Below, piece by piece: positions 1 through 12,360 of a stretch of DNA of 64,000 bases (positions within the stretch are counted from its first letter, which is position 1; every line of letters begins with the position of its first letter). The stretch lies in NCBI RefSeq assembly GCF_036321535.1, contig NC_087437.1, positions 117,368,001-117,432,000 on the forward strand, read 5' to 3'. Origin of the DNA: Camelus dromedarius (lineage: Eukaryota). The notes beneath the pieces were generated by a model. That model was given only the letters and a program-made list of their open reading frames with translations, was not told the origin of the DNA and did no database searches. The position numbers and the translations under genes were made by a program.

Positions 1-654
1 TTCATCTCACCCAAGAAAGAGTGAGTTATTTGCTTTCTTAATGTTATAAGGCTGATGTGGATGATCCTGGATTTGTCGAGAATAAAAGAGATGGGTGAGC
101 AGAAGATGAAAGAATCAGGAGATTATAAAAAGAAACCTAAAAACCAAACCAAAACAAAAAACAGCCACTGCCAGCAGGAATGGAATTCAAAGGCAGTTGT
201 GGCGCATCTGAAAACTGGTCTTGCATCTCTCTGGGAGTGATGAAATGGTGCTTAAATCAATTAGAGAAGATTGCCAATGGCCCATCCTTTAGAGCTAGAA
301 AGCCTGGTTTCCAGCCTTGCAGGCTCTCCAGCTGGATGCCATTGTGGAGTCAGTCCAGGCAGCACTGGCAGAACTTAGTGATGTGCTTCCGTATCCTTCT
401 AGATTAGGAATCTGACGCTCCCATGGGTGAAGGCTGGCTAGCTCTGGAACCAGGACCAGTGCCCAGTTCCCTGTAGTCCTGATCTCCCACCGTGGAGGGA
501 AAGATGCTGCCTCAGTGTGGGACCACAGCACTCCACTTCTGGGTGCAGTGAGATTCCAGAGTTTTCAAAACATGAGCCGTGAAACATGGATCTCTTTCCC
601 CATCTCAGCCTCCCCGGGGAAAGCTAAACTTACCCTCCTGCTTTCGAGGTCTGA

Positions 655-677
655 CTGTTTGACTTTGTTCCTTTCAG
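655..677 (+). other. B3GALT5: Splice acceptor of the B3GALT5 coding exon
   Basis: Polypyrimidine tract and AG (ctttgttcctttcag) abut the start ATG at 678; upstream non-coding exons would lie outside the window. Confidence 0.85.
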
Positions 678-1613
678 ATGGCTTGTGTGAAGATGAGGTG
701 GATTTATGTTTCCCTGGTGGTCCTGGGAGTCCTTTGTCTGTATCTTAGCCCGTACACTCTGAATCCTTTTGAAGAAGATTCATTTGTTTTCAAGAAAGAA
801 AGTGGGAACTTCCTTCAGCTCCCAGATACAGACTGCAGGCAGGATCCCCCCTTCCTTGTCCTGCTGGTGACTTCGTCCCCCGAACAGGCATATGCTCGCA
901 TGATCATCCGGGACACATGGGGAAGAGAACAGACCGTGATGGGAAAACAAATAAAAACATTCTTCCTCTTGGGAACCACGCCCGATAAGGACATCTCGAA
1001 AAAAGTGGCCCAGGAGATCCAGCAGCACCGCGATGTTGTCCAGAAGGACTTCTTGGACGTTTATTTCAATCTGACTCTGAAGACCATGATGGGCTTAGAG
1101 TGGGTCCATCGCCTCTGTCCCCAGGCCGCTTTCGTGATGAAAACAGACACCGACATGTTTATTAACGTCTACTATCTGACCGAGCTGCTTCTCAAGAGAA
1201 ACAGGACAAGTCGGTTTTTCACTGGCTACTTAAAACTGAACGAATTTCCCATTAGGAGTAGGTACAGTAAGTGGTTTGTGAGTAAACAGGAATATCCGTG
1301 GGACAAGTACCCACCCTTTTGCTCCGGCACCGGCTACGTCTTCTCCAGCGACGTGGCGAGTCAGGTGTACAATGTGGCTGAGAGCGTCCCGTTCATTAAG
1401 CTCGAAGATGTCTTTGTGGGGCTCTGCCTGGAAAAACTGAAAATCAAACTGGAGGAACTTCATTCTGAGCAGACTTTCTTCCCCAATGGGTTACCCTTCA
1501 CCACGTGCCGTTATAAGAGGATCGTGGCCTGTCATCATATCAAGCCTCAAGATATCCTGAAGTATTGGCAGGCTCTGGAAAGTTCCTGGGAAGAAGAATG
1601 TCCACATAGCTGA
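678..1613 (+). CDS. B3GALT5: Beta-1,3-galactosyltransferase 5 (GT31 family, type II Golgi membrane protein), single coding exon
   Basis: Intact 311-aa ORF with short N-terminal tail, TM segment (WIYVSLVVLGVLCLYL) and GT31 motifs FLVLLVTS, IRDTWG, DFLDVYFNLTLKT, FVMKTDTDMFIN (DxD), YPPFCSGTGYVFS, EDVFVGLC. Closely matches the human B3GALT5 sequence as I recall it. Confidence 0.97.
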   Translation: MACVKMRWIYVSLVVLGVLCLYLSPYTLNPFEEDSFVFKKESGNFLQLPDTDCRQDPPFLVLLVTSSPEQAYARMIIRDTWGREQTVMGKQIKTFFLLGTTPDKDISKKVAQEIQQHRDVVQKDFLDVYFNLTLKTMMGLEWVHRLCPQAAFVMKTDTDMFINVYYLTELLLKRNRTSRFFTGYLKLNEFPIRSRYSKWFVSKQEYPWDKYPPFCSGTGYVFSSDVASQVYNVAESVPFIKLEDVFVGLCLEKLKIKLEELHSEQTFFPNGLPFTTCRYKRIVACHHIKPQDILKYWQALESSWEEECPHS

Positions 1614-4600
1614 GGGGAGCCCCAGGCACATATGGACACACTTCGGACAACTCCTGGTGATGGTTTTTGAAAGATCTTGGGTGGTGTTGCTAAGACTCCT
1701 CAGGGGGCAGGGAGGGAGTGAGGAAGGAGGAGGCAGAAGAAGAGGGGGCCGGAGCGGAAGCCTGAACCACACGGCTGAGGAACCCCCACTTGGCGCCCTG
1801 AGCGATAACAGACAGCACCTCTTGAGTACCTACCTGTTGCACTGTGTCTGGTGGACACCTGCGTGGTTTCCTTTCAGGGGTCAGCATCCTCCAGAGGTGG
1901 CAGGTGGTACCATCCCCATATTACCCAGAAGGAAACAGCAGCTTCGAGAGGAACCGGAACCTGTGCCAAGGCGTAGGACCGACAGACACTGGAGCAGGGA
2001 CGAGAATCCAGTGCTGTCAGCATCCAGGCAGCAGCCGCCAACTCAGCCCTCTCTGCCCCGGTGCTGCCTCCCTGGGAGAGGATGGTGGTGAGGAAGGCTG
2101 AGGGCAGCCTAGTTGCTGGCATCCATCAGGCCCTTTCTAGGGTCCCCTCCGCCTCAACTCCCATCCCTGTGCTTTTAGTATGGACACTGGGGTGGACAGA
2201 TGCACCGCCAACTGCCTTCATTCACTTCGATGGGTCCAGTTAACCTGAGAGCCTGTTGGCAGCCTGGCACTCCACTCCTTGCAAAGCGCATCCTGGAAGA
2301 TACCCCTACAGTGGCTGCAGCTCATCCCCGAAGAAACACCCAGCTCTAGACAGAAATCAGTTTTTATAGTTTTGGCTCAGAAATTACTATGAGGCTTGGC
2401 CCATGGTACAGACTTCTTGGTCCCTCTGCTGAGACCCCAAGAGTGTGGCATCTCCCCCCAGCCATCTTGGCAGCCCCGCCTGTTTGCCTGTTCACTCCAC
2501 ATGCCCTTGGTCTGCACTCCAGGTCTCCAAGTGTGGACTGAGGGGCAGTTGTCACCATATGTGAAGGATTCTGGGAGCTTTTTTGGGAATTCAGGTGGAT
2601 TCAAATCAAGATACGCTCAAGAACCCCCTGGGACACTGAAAACTGAATGAGGTCTGGTCCCGGAGGGAGTCTCCCTGTGTCCATACCCCAAACCTCATCC
2701 CAGCTCAGCTTCTTTGAATTTCTCAGATGGCCAGGAAACAGCTGAGTTTTGTGGTGTGGAGTTTACCCTTTGATACTCGTCTCCAGAGGTTTGTACTAGC
2801 TTGTTCTACAGGGTGGTGTAGAAAGGAGGCACCTCTGCCCGTCAGCCACTGTCATGTGATGTGCAAAGCCATCTTGCTCCCGGTCATTGGATGACCGGTT
2901 CTTACTTTTCACTTTACAGGACTGGACTTTACCAGCACTCCAAGCCAGGACCTCATGTGGCTTGTAAGTGCTGGACGAAGCCCTTACCCAAACTCAGGAA
3001 GAGATGTTTGCTGCAAAATGTTCATGGCGATGTTGAACTGCAAAACGAGGTCTGGCACCCTAGTTTGCAGGGTATTTCTTGAGTCTGGATGGAGCTGCTT
3101 CTTGGGAGATGTGTTTCCTTATCCTGGCTGCTGTGAACATGCTCGGGTCATGTTCAGAAAAGCCACCTTCTCAGGTGGGAAAATCAGGGTGTAAGTTTCT
3201 CTTTTGAAGCCAGATATTGCCAGTGCCACACCCCTCGTAGGACTGGCTGCCTCGGATTTTGGAGACAATGATGGGTCTTGAGAGTGAAAGGTTTGTCTGG
3301 CAGTAGGGCTGGGTCGTGCGTTTATGTCCACCTTGTCTGGTATGCTTGTCCATGTGGCCACTGGGATGGGTAGTTGAGATGTGGCTAGCTCAGGGTCTGT
3401 CTTTTCAGCATCCGTCCAAACCCCACAGCCATAGGGAGCCCTGAGCACAGGCTCAGTTTCCCCCACAACCTCTATATGTTCTTAAAGGGTTTTCTGCAAA
3501 ACACGTTTTTTCCCCTTCTAGTCTCTTTATGTAATGAAGATTTTTTTTTTTCCCTTTAGGGAAAAATTACCTTGTGACTACAGAACTTGAAGGGGTCTTT
3601 GAGCTCCTGCCATCCTGCCTTTACATAGGGTGAAAAAAAAGCTCAAAGAGACCCAGAGACTTGCCCAGGACCTCACTACTTATTTGTCATGGACTGCAGG
3701 TTCCAGAGGGAGTCGTCTTCCAGGACACAGTCTTGCCTGTGTGTGGGAGCAAGAAACTGGGGAGGCGTGAATTAGGAGGCAAAGCTTTTCCGGTAACACC
3801 CAACGTGAGTTTCGGAGTGGGAGAGGAGAGGAGTTGGCTGGTGGCGCAGTGGCTTGTCTCATAGGCCTCCAGGGAGGAGTGCTGCTGAGAGACGGTGCTG
3901 TTGGCCAGGCCCTGAGATAGGGCTTTCCCAGCGTTACCTCCTTCAGTACTCACGACGGCTCCACCGGGGAGGTGACGACCACTTTCCCTGCTTTACAGGC
4001 GAGGAACCCGAGGTAGAGGAAGCGAGCAAGAACGGCTTGCCCAACGTTATGTAGCTGAAAAGTAGCAGGAATAGGATGTGAAGACAAGCTGGGGGGCACC
4101 GTGTGCGGTGGGCGCACGCAGGGCTGCGGCCCCTGGCCCTGAGCTGGCTCGAGGGGCGCAGGGAGCGTCCACAGGGATGCAAGCGCCCACTGCCTTGGCA
4201 CGTAGGCTGCACATCTGGCCCTTCCTCAGTCTCCCACCGCCACGCTTGCCCACCCTCCAGCATCTGAACCTCCCCCTCCTGTAGGAAGGGACCACTGGGG
4301 CTCCTATGGCACCAGCCCCTCCGCTTTGGGGCTTCGTCCCCAGCTCATCTTACCTCTGCGAGAGCAAGACTCCTGCCCGGGCCTCGCTCTCGCCCTCGCC
4401 GTCCATCTCCCCTCGGCTGGACACCCCGCGTGCGCATAGGCGGGCCGTCGCTTTCCACCTTCCAAACCGTCTTAAGAATCCTTTCCCGCACTGCCCTGCT
4501 TCTGCTCCCTTTGCTTTGTTTGCCCCACAAGAGGATTTTCCATATTTGTCGGCCCAAATTTGTCTCCTGGTCTGTCTGCAACCCCCCCTCATCAGTTTCT

Positions 4601-4999
4601 GGTGCTTGAGTCCCCCAGACGGGTCTCACTGAGGGCACTGAGGACCCGCGACGCCCCGCCCCCATCTTAGCGCTCTGGTCCCCGGTTCCAGGACACCTGG
4701 TGCTCTTGGTCCTTCCACTTGCAGGCCGCTCCTTTGCTTGTTCCACCGCCTCGCTCTGCATCCAAGAACGGGGCGCCCAGCGCTTGGCCTTGACCGCCTG
4801 CTTCCCTGGTTTACTCTGGTGGTCTCATCCAGCCCCAAGGTTTAAAATACCCTCTGCCCTGCTGATGGTGCCCGGCTATCTCCAGCCCAGGGCTCTCTCT
4901 TTCTCTTCAATCTCGTGTACTCCACAGCCTGCCTGACACCACGCAGTGAGCAAACTCAAACCTGAACTTGGGCTGACCCTCCCCCCGACTCTTCCTGGG

Positions 5000-5400
5000 A
5001 CACCCCAGGCATGCTCTGCCCGCCTCAGGGCCTTTGCATGGACTGTTCCCTCTGCTAGGGTCGCCCTATTTCTCAGTCTCATGGCCCACTCCTTTGCCTC
5101 TTCAAGTCTTTGGTCAGCTCTCTCCTTCTTGATGAGACCAACCCTGATCACCTTCTGTGGAATCGCATCGCCCAACCCTGTGTCCTCTTGCCCTGTGATC
5201 ATTGCACTCATCACTTTCCAACAGAGTATACAATGTCTATTTATTGTAATGTGTCTGTTTCATTGACTGTTTATAGTTCATCTCACTTGAACAAAAGCTT
5301 GTGCAGGAATGGGGCTCTATTGTCTTCTTGATTTACTCAAATTCTTAGCACAGTTCCTGGCACACGATAGATGCTCAGTAAAGATCTGTTGAATGCAACT
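5000..5400 (+). mobile_element. L2 LINE 3' fragment
   Basis: L2-type text (cctcagggcctttgcatggactgttccctctgc) ending in cctggcacacgatagatgctcagtaaagatctgttgaatg. Confidence 0.75.
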
Positions 5401-7834
5401 GAAGTGACCTCTATGGAAGGTGGTTTTAGAGGGGAAGAGGTGAACTGTGGCAGAAAGGGGAAGGATATTTAAAACGCAGCCAACACTGTGGTTACAACAT
5501 ACACTTCCTCTACAAATCAGTAAGTGGGATCCTGAAATCCCCCTTCTGCTGAAAACTGGGACCTGAAACCCTAGCACTGCTGTATGGCAGGGCTTCTTGA
5601 CCCACTCCCCCTTTTTCTAGAATGGAAAACCTCACGCACTGAGAAATGGATAGACCCCTATAATGTGCCTGTCCTCCAACCCCCACACGGCTGACCTCCT
5701 CCCACCCACCACGTCCGTCTGTTTTCATGATTCTTGACACCTGCCTCTTTTCCTCAACCATATCCAGCTTTTAGTCCCAGGAGAATGACAGCAATAAACC
5801 ATGTTGTCCAGAAGTAGATCAGGATCATGAGAATGACTTCAGTCCAGTTGTCTTCTGGGTAGAAGTAACTCCATACGTATGCATCCTTGGGACGTGAAAA
5901 ACCACGCCATGCCAATATTCGAGGTTATTTTTTAAAACTGGAGCTACGGAGCAATGCCAGCTTTCTTGAGCTGTGCAAGTGAATTCTGGACTTGGGGGCC
6001 ACTGCTTGGTGTCCCGGGATCTGGGCAGCCTGAGTGTCAGGAGTGTGGATGGTCCATGGTTACCCAGGAAGGGTGTCACCTTATGGGTCTATTTTGACCT
6101 CACTGAAGGGATTTAGCAGCTGAAAGCTGGGCCCTGGTTTAGGAGGCAATTTCCCTGATAAACAAGCCTTCAAGGACTATGTTTAATAATAGAAAAGTAA
6201 AGTTTAGTTGAACATGTCCTTGTTGACCTAAGAAACTGTATATACAGTGGCATGGAATAAACTGCTTGAATGTGGCAGCAAATTGCCCAACATTTTAACT
6301 TTACAAACTGCAGTCCTTGCCTTTTGTTTAATAACTGGACAGTGTTACCCTGCCGTCCAGTCTCAAAGACACCTAAGGGGAGTCACATCAGTCGTTTGGG
6401 TGGAGACCCTAGTGTCACAGCGCCTCTTTGGAGGTTGCATTTTGCACACAGGTCTGATGGAATTATCCTAAAACTCCGGCCCCTTTCCTGCAAGCCCAGT
6501 CATTGAACTCTTTTGCAGAAGCCTTAGGTGCCCTGAAACGTCCTGCACACATTATATTCTTAAAAACATCTCTTCACATAGAATGCAAAGTCAGTCTGCC
6601 CTTACTTCCTGTTATGCTCTGAGGTTAACCACTTTCTCTGATACGGGTTCTTACCTTGACCCCAGGACTGGGGTTCTCCTTCTGACCCCACAGACCAGAG
6701 TTCTCAGCCTCATCCCATGTCCCAAGGTTCTCAGCCTGACCTCATGGACTGAGGGTCTCACCCCAAAAATGACGGGCCCTGGAAACCCCAAGACCCTCTC
6801 ACTCTTCTTTTCCTGCTGCCAAGGTGTGTCTGGCCCGGGGTCACGGTCCTCATTTCTGTAGATGAGGACAGCTGGAATGAAAGGTGAGAAAACAGGTTCA
6901 GATGAAGGGAGAATTGCTGTGTTTCTGAACGTACAGGGGTTTTAGGGCTCTGGTCCCACCCCTTTCGTTTCGGCATGAAAACCAGAACTGGCAGAGTTCA
7001 AGCTTCAGCCCAGCACTCGGAGCGGCTCCTGGCCCTTGGCCTGATGCTACATCCATGGGGCAGAACTGCCTTTTCCTTAGTCTTGTTTTGAGCTAAATGT
7101 ACTTACTTCCTATTTGTCTTCAAACACACCGTTGTGACCATGTAGCGCTCTGTAAAAAGGCAGGAAGGAAACACACAAACCAGCAAAACCTGTCAGGCCC
7201 CCTTTCCTACACTTGAGCTCCGTGTCTCGAGCCAGCAGCCCGAGTAGCCTCTGTTCCTGGAACCCCAACAGGTGCGTGTCTGAAATGCGCAGCTGGAACC
7301 AGACTCAGCTCCTCCTGCCCCCAAGCCCGGTCTCCCCTGGGGCTTCCGGTCTCAGGAAGCACTGTCACTGTCAGTCCCTTCAGCTCTGTGACTTCCCTCT
7401 GCCTTGCTTCGGTGCTGCCTTGCCTGACGGTTGCTGATTCCTGTGGGTTTGGCCCCTTTCCTCCGTGGCCAGCATTGTCACCTCGGTCCAGGCCACCACC
7501 TAGGCTCAGCTGGCCTCAGGCCACATACTCCTAATTGGCCTCACAGATCGGGTCATGTCACCTTCCAACCTGTCCTCCACTTTACCTCCGGAGTAATTTT
7601 TTTTTTTTTAAAGCAGACCTGATTAGGAAACTCAGAGACCCAGAGAAGCTGGGTGATCGCCCCAGGGGACTCTGTCCTCCTGTCCATAAGCTGTGGGCTG
7701 TTTCAGAGGTCAGACCAGGGACCCCAGCTTCTGCTGGGCACCCCAGCACAGCTCCAATTACCCCTAAAGGCTAGCATCATATACTTTTAAAACACAGTGA
7801 ATGAATTTTCATGAGAGTTCTTTGATCCTACTGA

Positions 7835-8020
7835 GTGTGGTTACTCTGTTGTTGGGCTGCCAGGGTTTGAATTCTACCTTCCTCCCTCCCTCTATAAGCA
7901 AATTACCTTTCCCTCAGTTGTTTCATCTGAAAAATGGGACCATAGTCATTCCCACCTCACAGGGTTATTGTGTGGTTTGAGACAATGTGTGTAAATTGCT
8001 TGATAATGTGAGTGCGTCCT
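7835..8020 (+). mobile_element. MIR SINE
   Basis: MIR core-like cctcagttgtttcatctgaaaaatggg...cacctcacagggttattgtg. Confidence 0.7.
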
Positions 8021-9147
8021 GATGATTGGCGAGGTTTGGTCTGTGAATTGTGGTGCTCACTGTAGTGGCATGTTTATAGTGATCTGCAGGCAAATCAAGA
8101 GATCTTTGGGGTGAGTCTTTAAGACTTCATTTCAGCTCCTGCTCCGTTATCTTCTTGTAATCTTCCCTGGCACTCTAGCAGAAGTTATTACCTTCATGGC
8201 CTTCAAAATCTCAGATCCCAGTGTTTCTAGACTCGGTTAATTCAGTAAGTGTGACGAACTGAACAGGTTAAAAAAACAAATGGAGCTGGAGGTGCCTTAG
8301 AGATTTTCTGCACTTTAAAAAGCAGCCTCCTTTCTCCAGGTGAGAAAACCCAGGCTCAGGCTCAGGAAAATGGAGTCACTTTGCCAAGTCCTTCCATTAG
8401 CGGCTTCTCCAGGATTGGAAACCAGCATCAGAAAGCTCGTGTCAGCCATTCATTCTCTTATTTATTCATTTACTGGGCAAATATGCTCAATCCGTTTTAT
8501 AGGGCGTCAGGAATGAGGGTCAAGCTGAGGTTCACGGCCATTGAGTTCTGCAGACACACCTTGTCAAGAAGAGGATGTGTTGACAACTGAAAGAAGTGTT
8601 TGTTCAGAGCCTTCTCTGTTGACAAACACCGTAGACCATTTCCACACCTGATGTGCCCTTGAGTCCTCAAAATAGCTCCTCTCATTATAATTAACCTCCT
8701 AGTTTTGAGTTGAGAAATCTGACGTTCAGAGTGACTCACTGTCTGACCAGGGAGGCTCAGATGTGGCAGAGACCACCCCCAACCCTGGACCTTCAATGCC
8801 TTGCCCTTCACCAGGGTGTGGTTGGTGAGTCCTCCCATGGCGCTTAGGGACTCCAAAGCCTCCTGGGTTCCCCACCGGAAGCTCAGGGCTGGCCCTGCCC
8901 AGCCGCCCACGGGGTCTGCCATCTTGTCTTTCTCCCACTTGCCATCACTTGTTTCCCAAGTGTTGACCGCATCTCTATCTGCTCCTTCCCTGTCCTCTTT
9001 GACCCTCTGAGACTTGACCCTTTGTCATCTGTGAAGTCCCCCAGAACCTCCTGTTTAGCTGGGTCCTCCAACTTGTCCTGACCAGCCCCATCTTGAATTC
9101 ATTCAAGTTCTCCATCTGACAGCTCCAACAAGTTCCTGGCTTCAGAA

Positions 9148-9663
9148 TGCCAACTGAAATAAAATGTACAACCTGGAAATTGAGAGTTATGTTTTATTTG
9201 GCCGACATTTCTCAGGACTTAAGACTTAAGCCCAGGATGACAGCCTCTCAGATTGCTTTGAGGGACTGTTCCGAAAGAGGTAGGGGAGGAGCCAGGATAT
9301 ATAGGCATTTTTATAACAAAGACCAGGCAGTCAGAACATCAAAAGATTCCTGTTAATTAAACCAGACATCTCAAGTTAAATAGTTTAGCGCTTTTCTATG
9401 TATGAGAAGGTGCAAAGTTCTGAGCTCATTGAAATCACCCCTTTGATGTGCACCTTAGCTGCCCAGGGCCAGTGTCCTGTTCGTCCACACCCTGCGTCCC
9501 CTCAGGGGGCACTGCTGGGGGTGGCAGCAGAGGCGGGGCTGCCTGCTTGTCTGCATCCTGAGTTCCTTCTGCTCACTGCTGAGGGGGGATGGTAGTGGCT
9601 GATGACTTGATGGCCGCGGCATCTTTTGTTTACTGATACGTCTGGCAACATTTTCTGTTCACA
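9148..9663 (-). mobile_element. ERV1-type solo LTR, antisense within the putative B3GALT5 3' UTR
   Basis: TG...CA termini, minus-strand AATAAA ~45 bp from the left end, near 4-bp TSD (agaa/ggaa). Confidence 0.75.
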
Positions 9664-9784
9664 GGAACATGAGCCCCTCCCGTCCAGTCCAGCCCACTTT
9701 CCACCTCTCTCTACCTAAAGCCCTTGCAAGACAAGCCATTTCTCGAAAGACTGTGGGTTTAACACTCCAGGCATTGGCTTCTAT

Positions 9785-9786
<2 letters not shown>

Positions 9787-9839
<53 letters not shown>
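9787..9839. repeat. (GT)n microsatellite, ~26 units
   Basis: Perfect dinucleotide run seen directly. Confidence 0.98.
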
Positions 9840-9841
<2 letters not shown>

Positions 9842-10362
9842 GGTGTGATCCACGGCTCTACACAGAGGCACCACACTCGGGGAGAGCCGGTTTCTCTATG
9901 TTACCTGCCCTCCCCCGGAGTCCAGGAAGGGCAGTGAGGAGATCAAGGTGACTTTGCTCACGTGGGTTGTGAAGAGCAGGTGCCCTGGGGCTCTCAGCCT
10001 TCGGGGCAGCAGGGTGGAGCCTGAGAGGTCTCACCTGCCGCCTGTTACACAGCAAGCATGGGCCGTGCACTGTGCCTGGTGAGGCGGGAACACGGGTTGC
10101 GGGAATGGACCGCCGTCGCCTTGTTCCGAGATGTTCCTGAACTCCAACTTTCAGGCAGGAAGTTTAGAAAGAGTGAAATAAAGTGAAAGAGATCGGACAG
10201 CTTACTGGATATGGATGTACTTCTCAGAAACCAGGCCATGCTCACGCTGCTGTTGAGAGCGGTCTGCACCGCGCCCGCGTCGCGCCCCGGCTGACCGGGG
10301 AAAGGCCAGCGTGGTGGCGCCCGGCCGCTCTCCCCGTGGACAGCGGGTGGCTCTGTAACAGG

Positions 10363-10375
10363 GCCAATAATTAAC
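10363..10375 (-). promoter_or_regulatory. Candidate HNF1 binding site in a CpG-rich patch
   Basis: Reverse complement GTTAATTATTGGC fits the HNF1 consensus GTTAATNATTNNC. Confidence 0.45.
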
Positions 10376-12309
10376 AAGCCTGCTTGACTGTAACGGCTGC
10401 CGTGCGCCTCGTTTTCAACATGGATGAGATGTTTACCTTTTCTGTGTGCGTCCCATTTGAAAGTATTTGTTTTCTCATTATTTTTTTAAGAAGAATTTTA
10501 GCATTTGTCTTATCAGGACTGACATTTCAGCAATTTCCTGATTGCTAACTTCTCCGGGGCGTCTCCGCCCTCCGCCCAGGCGCCTGGCGTGTGTCTGGCG
10601 GGGAGCGGGTGCTTGGTGATCAGCTGCCAGGTTAGGTATTCGGGCCTAGTGCTGGGCTGTCTGACTAAGCAGAGGATTAAGTGAACTGCGGGTCCCTTCA
10701 AACATTAGTTCCTGAAGTCTCTCTTATCGATTATTATTACCACTTATTTTTATTTCTGTTGATTCTACCTGATCCAAAAATCTCTATGTGAACTTGAGCT
10801 GAGGTGTCTTGGAAACAAACTCTCAATTCTGTGTCTGGGGATAGGAAACGTGCTCACATTTCTCTGTTTTGAATTTGATGGAAGGATTTGTAGCTTGTGG
10901 GAACTTAGGGGTTCCTCCATCTTCCTGGTTTGAAAGTATGACCATCAGGAAAAGAGGCTTTGTTCCCAGATTTGCCCTGAAACTGAGCCATGAAGCTGCC
11001 TGCCCTCTCCCCCTCCCTCCCCCTCCCCCCTCCCCCAACCACCCTTTTGGGGCAAAGAGCCATGAAGGCTGGGCGGGCACAGGGGATGGGGGAGAAGCCT
11101 TGTGTCTTCGTGCCTGCCAATTGGAAAAGGGACAGACAAAAAATTTTTTTTTAATTAATTAAAAAAAATGAATTCCTTTCTTACCAGGCACAGTCAACCT
11201 TAAATACAAGCAGAAACAAGAGCCAAAGGTAGTGCTTGCTGCACCAGTGCTCTGCTTCGTCTGTCCACTCTGCTACCTCCACCCTCTGGTTTAAGAAGCC
11301 CGTGCCCACGCGGGCAGGTCCAGGTGGCCAGGGTGACGGCCCCCCAGCCTGGCCGTGGGCTCGTGCCTCGCATGCTAGCGGGAAGTCAGCGCAAGGTCTT
11401 CAAGGGCCCAGTGCTTTAGTTCCCAGACAAAGAGACAAACCAAAGAAGTAGTGATACTCTTAGTTAATTTGGGACTATATCAGATGGGGAGAATTGATTT
11501 ATTTTCCACCTGGTCAAATGAGACAACAAGACAAATCTGGCTGTCTGGATTTCCATCTTCATGACTGGAAACTACTTAATGCCAACCGAGGACACTCTGT
11601 TTTCCTAAAAGAAAAGAAATAAACTACAGAATGACATTTGAAAACATTGTGTCCTTGTGTTTTAGGGGAATTTACTAGATTCTAATGTCATATTTTGGGA
11701 GTAGGCATATGTTTTTATTTATAATTTATTAATAATGGTATTTATCTTTAATCAAAATTAAATTATTACCGTAGCATAATGCACTTAATTACGTTTAATT
11801 CTAAGTTGTAGATAGAGCTGGTAAACGGGCTCTTCTTGAAAAGTCGGCAATGTAAGGTGGTAAACTGGACAATCTTTTTTTTTTTTTTATCCCACATTGA
11901 TGTTTTCTGTATTTATTTTGAGTTTGGGAAAATATTTTTTAAATTTGACTTTGATTGTATATGCTTAGAAAAATATGCTGACATGCTTATCTTTGTAAGA
12001 GATGGAGAGCTCCTGTTTCCTTTGAGTTTCAGAAGCACAGAAATGCTGACCCTGGCAGGGTGTTTGGTGGGGAGAGCCCGGGTGAGTGGGGCCGGTGAGG
12101 CCTCCCGTCAGGCACCAAGCTCAGGTGTTAGGAGGCAGGTGCCCTGTGGAATTGTCTTTCTCTCAGGTATATTTATATTTTTCAAAAGCTCTCATTTAAG
12201 TTTAAGAAATCAAGCCCCATGAATTGATGTAATTGTACCTTTAGAATCTTTGTGGTAACTCATCTCAAAGGCTTGGATTCGTGATCTTTCAAAGTGTCAT
12301 TTCAATGGA

Positions 12310-12360
12310 AATAAAGTGATTGAAATGGATGTGTCTTTCTCTGACTTGAGTGTGTGGCTG
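12310..12360 (+). terminator. Candidate polyadenylation signal with downstream GU-rich element
   Basis: AATAAA (12310-12315) followed by gtgtctttctctgacttgagtgtgtgg. Confidence 0.55.

Larger units (their letters stand above)
1614..12335 (+). other. B3GALT5: Putative long 3' UTR of B3GALT5
   Basis: No AATAAA seen close to the stop codon. AATAAA at 12310-12315 is followed by a GT/T-rich element and preceded by AU-rich sequence. The extent is inferred. Confidence 0.5.
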
